In this document: positions 16,451 through 22,300 of the stretch, piece by piece
Layout of the letters: each line of letters starts with the position of its first letter
Numbering within the stretch: the stretch's first letter is position 1
Assembly: GCF_004102945.1 (NCBI RefSeq)
Contig: NZ_CP019384.1
Coordinates: forward strand, 1,740,001-1,772,000
DNA length: 32,000 nt
Reading direction: 5' to 3'
Source of the DNA: Candidatus Velamenicoccus archaeovorus
GTDB taxonomy: Bacteria > Omnitrophota > Gorgyraeia > Velamenicoccales > Velamenicoccaceae
Notes under the pieces: model-generated
Seen by the model: the letters and a program-made list of their open reading frames with translations, nothing else
Database searches by the model: none
Told to the model about the DNA's origin: nothing
Program-made: the position numbers and the translations under genes

Positions 16451-16739
16451 GTCCAAGCCTATCTATGGTCTTCGGAGATTTTGGAAGAGCGGATTTTAGC
16501 CGCATGCAAGGCGCGACGACGATGGCGTACCCGCTGTGGTACGTCGAGGAGGAGCAACGCAGCAGGCGGTCAAAAGACGCCTTCCCCTTAGTTAGAAACC
16601 AAGGGGCCGGCCGCTTTTGGGCTGCGACTGCGTCGTTCGTCCTTGGCGTAGCGCTTTGGCTACGCCAGCGTCCTCTCTCCTTGTCTCGCTCCAAAATCGT
16701 CACGGCCAAAACTCCGATGAACCATAGATAGGCTTGGAC
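16451..16739. mobile_element. foldback / MITE-like element, copy 2 (289 bp, intergenic)
   Basis: It has perfect 19-bp terminal inverted repeats: GTCCAAGCCTATCTATGGT at 16451..16469, with the reverse complement at 16721..16739. The core of about 250 bp is homologous to 2538..2801 and in the same orientation. It lacks the roughly 20-nt mini-hairpin of copy 1. Confidence 0.75.
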
Positions 16740-16809
16740 AGCAGCCCTCTTTGCAATGAGCTATCGCCCGCAGGAAGTAACGCGGTCTGAGTCTCATAAC
16801 AAACTCCTT

Positions 16810-16949
16810 TCGCAGAAAGCGAAACACCTGCGCCATTCCGATAAGCGCAGGGTGTCGCAGAAAGCGAAACACCTGCGCCATTCTCCGCCACAGGGCGGAC
16901 GCTGGCGCCATTCCATAAGCGCCAGGCACGATAAGCGCGGGGTGTCGCA
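16810..16949. repeat. 45-nt hairpin unit repeated in tandem, with the second copy carrying a 45-nt nested hairpin insertion in its loop
   Basis: Unit 1 (16810..16854) is TCGCAGAAAGCGAAACACCTGCGC-CATTCCGATAA-GCGCAGGGTG. Unit 2 (16855..16949) is the same sequence, interrupted after CATTC by TCCGCCACAGGGCGGACGCTGGCGCCATTCCATAAGCGCCAGGCA. That insert itself contains the stem CTGGCGC/GCGCCAG with the loop CATTCCATAA. Confidence 0.65.
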
Positions 16950-17155
16950 ATGGGTTGTATGCATCTAGGCATAGATTATTATATCCGACAAAAATTGTCA
17001 AGTATTTTAAATGAGCGTGTGACTTATGGAGCCCAGTGAACATAAGTCACTGCGCGAATTAAACCCAGCACTAATTTTACCGATCTATTTGCCATACCAA
17101 TCTCTTCTCTTTTTTCTTTGGACCTCTCTAGGTAAAATTGGTGCTGGGTAAGCTC

Positions 17156-17200
17156 GAGCATATAACTTATGGAGGCGTTATGCCTCCATAAGTTATGCTC
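17156..17200 (-). terminator. long hairpin immediately 3' of the lipoprotein gene (putative terminator)
   Basis: The arm GAGCATA(TA)ACTTATGGAGGC and the arm GCCTCCATAAGTTATGCTC flank a 4-nt loop. The hairpin begins 4 nt after the stop. There is no clear U-tract. Confidence 0.4.
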
Positions 17201-17204
17201 TCGC

Positions 17205-17660
17205 TTATTTCTTCGCCGTCGTCATCATGTAATTGATGACGCGGTTGGAGACGCCTTCTTTCTGCAGAGTCGTTATCTCTTCTACGGAAAGGTTATAGAC
17301 GGAACCTGTCTCGGCGATCTTGGCAATGATGGCGTCATCCGTCATCCCCGACTTGGCCAGCACGATCACATCGGATATGCCCAGCTTTTCTTTTCCGGAC
17401 ATGATTTGTTCTTTGGTGCGCTTCTGGTCGATGGAATGACCGATGAGACCCCCGCCCAGCGCGCCGACCGTGCCGCCGATAAGAGCGCCTTCGACGCCGT
17501 GCCCCGACTGGTGGCCGATCACGCCGCCGGCAACAGAACCAACAAGGGCACCGCCCAACGCGCCCGTCTTGGTATTCTCGCCCATGGTGTCGCAGCCCGC
17601 CAAGGGCAGAACCAGAGCGACAGCCATAACACCGCTCATCACCATCTTTAATATCTGCAT
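17205..17660 (-). CDS. lipoprotein with a glycine-zipper domain
   Basis: The track ORF 17205..18116 is over-extended. The ATG at 17660 has a GGAGGG RBS and gives MQILKMVMSGVMAVALVLPLAGC, a signal peptide plus LAGC lipobox. GALGGALVGSVAGGVIGH...GGTVGALGGGLIGH (glycine zipper) follows. The upstream part of the ORF crosses a REP palindrome and a terminator. Confidence 0.8.
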   Translation of the reverse strand: MQILKMVMSGVMAVALVLPLAGCDTMGENTKTGALGGALVGSVAGGVIGHQSGHGVEGALIGGTVGALGGGLIGHSIDQKRTKEQIMSGKEKLGISDVIVLAKSGMTDDAIIAKIAETGSVYNLSVEEITTLQKEGVSNRVINYMMTTAKK

Positions 17661-17822
17661 ATTCCCTCCCTGGAGCCCCACGACCCGTGGGTCCTTTTCT
17701 GTCTGCCCCGGTGGGGCGACGTCCCGAACCGCCATGGTTATGCTAGCGGCCAAAGCCGCAGGCATAACCAATTCACGGGCGTAGCCCGCGAAGGCAGGTT
17801 GCCTATACCAAGGTAATTCCTC

Positions 17823-17859
17823 TAATGAGACTTTAAGGTCTGGCCTTAAAGTCTCATTA
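17823..17859. repeat. REP-like 37-bp perfect palindrome, copy 2 (inverted relative to copy 1)
   Basis: The sequence is TAATGAGACTTTAAGG-TCTGG-CCTTAAAGTCTCATTA. The loop is the reverse complement of the copy 1 loop. Confidence 0.85.
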
Positions 17860-18014
17860 TCTCCCTTTCGGCGCTGGACGGGACACAAGAACTGGCAACA
17901 ATTAACAAAAAGGCTTTTGCCGTCTTTAAGTATAGCCCACCAGAAAAAGCTTTTCAATAAGATTCCTTCTGGTTTGCGGCGCTCCAGGACAACAAAACAC
18001 TCCTTATACGGGCA

Positions 18015-18044
18015 CAAAAAAGGCTTGCCTTCTATGGCAAGCCC
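18015..18044 (-). terminator. rho-independent terminator closing the giant-gene / 272-aa-gene unit
   Basis: The minus strand reads GGCTTGCC-ATAGAA-GGCAAGCC followed by TTTTTTG. It lies about 118 nt after the 18162 stop. Confidence 0.8.
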
Positions 18045-18082
18045 TCTATGAAACATCATTGACTCCACTCGATCGTATCTCG

Positions 18083-18131
18083 TTAACCCAGAAATGGTAG
18101 ACCTTCCTCCTTCCACATAAAGGAAGGGTCT
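18083..18131 (-). repeat. conserved ~49-nt intergenic motif, copy A
   Basis: The sequence TTAACCCAGAAATGGTAGACCTTCCTCCTTCCACATAAAGGAAGGGTCT is about 80 percent identical to 19140..19187. It contains a polypyrimidine/polypurine hairpin (CCTTCC...GGAAGG). Confidence 0.55.
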
Positions 18132-18166
18132 AATGAGACTTTAAGGCCAGACCTGTTTGTCTCATT
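18131..18166. repeat. REP-like palindrome, copy 3 (right arm degenerate)
   Basis: The sequence is TAATGAGACTTTAAGG-CCAGA-CCTGTTTGTCTCATT. It overlaps the TGA stop (18162..18164) of the 272-aa gene. Confidence 0.7.
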
Positions 18167-18980
18167 TCTTCTCTTGCTTCAGGCGCTGCTCGATATCGGA
18201 AAGGTCGGACTTCTTCTCCTCTTCCCCCTGCCACTGTTCGCCTTTTTCGGGCGCCAGGGGTTCCGGCTGCATATCCTGCGAAGGGGCCTTGAAATCTTCC
18301 GTAAGATTCGACATCGTCTTGATCTGCCTCAGCCAGATGACGAAAAAGATCAATCCCAGGATGCCGAGGAAAGCCACGACGCCGACGATCAGTTTCCACG
18401 TCAGCATGGGCGAGAACCCCTTGGCTTCAACCATCAATGTCTTGGCGGACTGGAGGTCGGTCTTGACCTCGTCCAGCAACTTCAGGTTTTCCCGGTAATC
18501 GGAAATGTAGCCCCCCGGGCTGGAGTTCACGACGGTCTGCGTACGTTCAATATGGTCCAGTTTTTGGAGGATGCTTTCTTTCAAATACTTGGCCCGTTCG
18601 CGATAGTCCGTGTTTTCCAAAATCTTGGCGACCTTGTCCACTTCCGTCCTGATCGAAGAAAGCTCTTCGGCAGGAATCTTCCAGACGTCCTCCATCTCGA
18701 TCTCTACGAGGACGGACTCTCTCGGCGCCAAATCAAAATCCTTATAAACATAATAGGCGGACTCTTTGGGATCGTAAGCGATATTCAAATCCCCCATGTC
18801 CACGATATTCTCCGGCTTGACCTCCTTGGGCAGATAGGATTTGAAAGGGACTTTTCTGGATTGGGTCTCTGAAGGATTAACGACGGCGGCCCGCACGACG
18901 ATATTGGCCATGGCATCGAATGCCACAGCCAGATTTAACAATAAAAAAACCACAGCTATGCCGTATCTTAAAGCTTTCAT
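18162..18980 (-). CDS. hypothetical bitopic protein (N-terminal signal peptide, coiled-coil middle, C-terminal TM helix, acidic tail)
   Basis: 272 aa. It has the signal-like MKALRYGIAVVFLLLNLAVAFDAMA and a TM segment WKLIVGVVAFLGILGLIFFVIW near the C-terminus, followed by an E/K/Q-rich tail. No family was recognised. It lies directly downstream of the giant ORF with no terminator between them. Confidence 0.75.
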   Translation of the reverse strand: MKALRYGIAVVFLLLNLAVAFDAMANIVVRAAVVNPSETQSRKVPFKSYLPKEVKPENIVDMGDLNIAYDPKESAYYVYKDFDLAPRESVLVEIEMEDVWKIPAEELSSIRTEVDKVAKILENTDYRERAKYLKESILQKLDHIERTQTVVNSSPGGYISDYRENLKLLDEVKTDLQSAKTLMVEAKGFSPMLTWKLIVGVVAFLGILGLIFFVIWLRQIKTMSNLTEDFKAPSQDMQPEPLAPEKGEQWQGEEEKKSDLSDIEQRLKQEKK

Positions 18981-19139
18981 TCTAAAGTCCTGGGGACGCG
19001 ATGCCGGGAGTTAACGGATGCTTACCTCAAACTCCTGAATGAATCTCCCCTGGCTTTAGCCAGGGGTTTCTTTCCTGGATGACCCCGCATCGTAAGATAT
19101 CGGAAAAATCTCTTCGATATTTTTCCGATACTCGCAGGG

Positions 19140-19187
19140 TTACCCAGAAAGAGTAAACCTTCCTTCTTCCACACAAAGAAAGAGTCT
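19140..19187 (-). repeat. conserved ~49-nt intergenic motif, copy B
   Basis: The sequence TTACCCAGAAAGAGTAAACCTTCCTTCTTCCACACAAAGAAAGAGTCT is homologous to 18083..18131. The hairpin is retained with different bases (TCTTTCTT/AAGAAGGA). Confidence 0.55.
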
Positions 19188-19354
19188 GATCTCCGCCGCA
19201 TTCTGCGTCTCGATTAAGCCCGTCATCATTTTACCAATTTGGTCACATTCTTCCAATAACTCTTTTTCATTCTTCTCATCCGCACAACTCTTTACCGGGC
19301 CCATTTTCGACCGGGCCCTTATTTCCCTCGCCCTCTAAACCCCGTCATGCCTCA

Positions 19355-22300
19355 TCATGAGTACTCATACCACGTCTGCACGACAGGCTCTTCTTTGGCG
19401 ACGTTCTCAACCATCTTCTGATTCAAAAGCATGAGGGCCTTGAGCTCCTGGGTCTTGTTGCGGAGGTAATCGATGTTCTGGGCGCCCTTCTCGGAGACTT
19501 CGTAGAGCCTCTCGATATTCTGCATGTCGGTGGACGTGCTCATCTTGTGGATCTTGTCGCTCATGTCCTGGAGGACCCTGTGCACGGTCTCCATCTGCTT
19601 GCTTGCCGAAAGGATCGCTTCGGAACCGCCCTTGACGCCCGCCAATACCTCAGAGGCCTTCTGGATATTCTGCTCGACGACATGGAATGCCGCGGAAAAC
19701 GCCTCCACCTTCGACTGCATGTCTTTGATCGGCGAGACGCTGCCCAAGACCGCCGAAAGGTCGCTGGCGACGCTCTCGAGATCGTCCATCCTGACGGTCA
19801 GCGTCAGCGCATCCAGGGTCCCATAGCTGCTTTCAGAGCAGACGATGGTAAAGTCGCCTGTGCCCCAGCCGAGGACGAACGTGAGGTCGTATTCATATAT
19901 CCCTGTCGCGCCGATCTCCATCATCGCGCCCTTGCTGACCCGCTGGACGTTATTGGCGTCATAGACATCGATGACGGGAGACAAGCCGGAATACGTCCTG
20001 TACCTGATCATCAAATCCTGGCCCGAACGGACGGTGTTCTCCCGGTTGAGGATCTCGGATTTCATGGCGGTTTCCGTCAGGGTCTTGGCTTCGTCGATCG
20101 ACGTATCCAGCTTCTTCTCCGTGGCCGCCACCGTGCTGGTGGTGTGCGCCTTGATGGCCTCCTCACTGGAGGAGATCTTGTCTTTCAAGACCCCCTCTGT
20201 CTTGGCCAAGCCGGTGCCCACCGCCTGTTCTATCTTTTCGACGGAATCCGCCAGCTGCGTTGCCGTCTGGGTGAAGAATTCATACTGCAGTTTTTCGCTG
20301 CCGACATCGATGTTCGCCGTCGACGTATAAGCCACGTCATTATAGAGGATCGTCAGGGTCGCCGGATACACCTTGCCCGACTGGAAATCGGTGTTGGCGT
20401 AAATCGGGAAGACGTACATGCCGCTGTCATTGACCGTGGTGATGAGTTCCTTCCTGAGCGTCGCGCCGTCGGACTCATAGATGGTGAAGGTCGCCGCGCC
20501 CATCTGTGCCCGCTCCTCGGCCCTGGTGCCGACCAATTTACCTTTTCTTTGCAGGGAACCGACGGCGCTCAAGGAATCGTCCGCCGGGGCGTAACTATAC
20601 GTCGCAATGGCCTCCCAACTGACCTGCGCCGAAGCCGTGCTTTCCATGTAGAGCGTGACCACATAAGGATCAGTCCCTGTCTTGGGCGCCGTCCAGCTGA
20701 CGCTGTTGTCGATAAAGCCGTCTTTCTTGAAGAAGGTCGTGTAGGTCCCGTACGGATACTGCGCCGTCCGCGTGACGGGAGACGTCAGCTCGTAACCGGT
20801 GCTCCAGGCGGTGGCCGGCTCTTCGGCGCTGAGTTCCGAGAGGTGCTGGAAGGTATCAAAGTCCAGGACGTTGAATTTCACCGAAGCATAGATGATGTTA
20901 AAGGCCTCCTCGCTCATGTCGTTGACCGTCGTGTCGTCCTGGTTGGAAACGCGCACCTTGACCGTACTGGACTTTATGTCCGGCAGCGTCCACGTATAGG
21001 AATTGCTGTTGGTGAGGCCGGCGACGATGGTCGTCCAGTTCAGGCCGCCGTCCGTCGTATAGTCGAGATTCACCTTCGGGATGTAGCCGCGGGTCGACCA
21101 CGTAATGGCCTGGGGCGATTTTGCCACCCAGTTTTCCCCGCCGTTGGGGGTGATCACGGTGAAGCCGCCGCGGATCCTGAACGTCCCGTCCGTGGTGTCC
21201 GTAATCAGCGTCCGGTTGCCGTCGGTGATGCGCAATCTCAATGTCGTGCCCGTCAGCGTAGAATCGGGGATATTCCAAACGAATTTGCCGCTGTTCGGCA
21301 CGCCGCTGGCGATGATCTGGTGCGTCGCAAAGTTGTCCAGGGAGATGTCGATGATCAGGTTATTGGAGATGGACAGACCTGTCCATGTCCAGGTGACGTC
21401 TGTCGTGTCTCCCAGGACGTAAACCTCGCCCGTGCCCGTCGGAGTCATGATCGTGATGGTCGGCAAGGGGTCGATGGTGAAGGACTTGTCCGAGATATCG
21501 TAAGTCGCCGGCCGCGTGATGTCCCTGATCCTGAAGATGGCGTTCGACGTCACCGTGACCTTGTCATCCTTTATCTCCCAGAGATAGGCCCCGCTGTTCG
21601 TCACGGTCGCCAAAGAAACGAACGTCCCCTCGGCACCGCCGCTGCAAGAAACCTCCAGCGACAGGGAATCGGACACGGCCCCTTCGCTGGTCCAGGTCAC
21701 GGGCGCCTTATCGCTGATGGCCCAGATCTCTCCGCCATTGGGGCTGGTGATGGTGATCTTCGGCGGGGCGATCGTGAAGACATCGTCGGAGACATCCGTC
21801 GTCGTCGGACGGGAAATATCCGTGATCCTCACCAAATATGTCTTGGTCCCGTCGCCTCCTCCGAGAACGTCATCGGGGACCTTCCAGACATACCCGCCGG
21901 TATTGGCCACGCCAGCGGCGATGGTCTTCCAGGTCGCGCCGACATCGTTGGAATATTCCAGCGTCAGGTTGTTGGAGATGACGCCGCCGTTGTCGTGCCA
22001 TGTGATGTTCTGGTTGGTGCCCACGCGCCAGATCTCCGAGCCGTTGGGCTTGTCGATGGTGATCACCGGCGTAGGCAGGATGCTGAACGTGGCGTCCGAT
22101 TTGTCGTTGACCATCAACGGCCTGCTGTTATCGGTGATCCTGACCCTCGCTGTGGCCGAGATATCATTCACCACCGTCCAGCTGTAGGTCCCGCCCTCCC
22201 CGGAATTAGGAACGTTGTCGGCGATGAGGATGCCGTCGGTGACAAAATTGTCCTTGGAATATTCGATCTTGAGGCTGTTGCCCACGCTTCCCGTGTTCGT

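Noticed and set aside
16810-16949. A possible CRISPR array, suggested by repeated units of roughly 29 nt.
   Set aside because: There are only two units, the 'spacers' are 16 nt and 61 nt, and they are themselves related or nested copies. No cas genes are present. It is better described as a nested hairpin repeat.
17661-18116. The N-terminal 152 codons of track ORF 17205..18116, including a Cys-rich stretch (CPYKEC...CCQFLCP).
   Set aside because: This part crosses a canonical intrinsic terminator (18015..18044) and a REP palindrome (17823..17859). It begins at a non-ATG codon inside the conserved intergenic motif. The downstream ATG at 17660 has a strong GGAGGG RBS and a textbook lipoprotein signal peptide.
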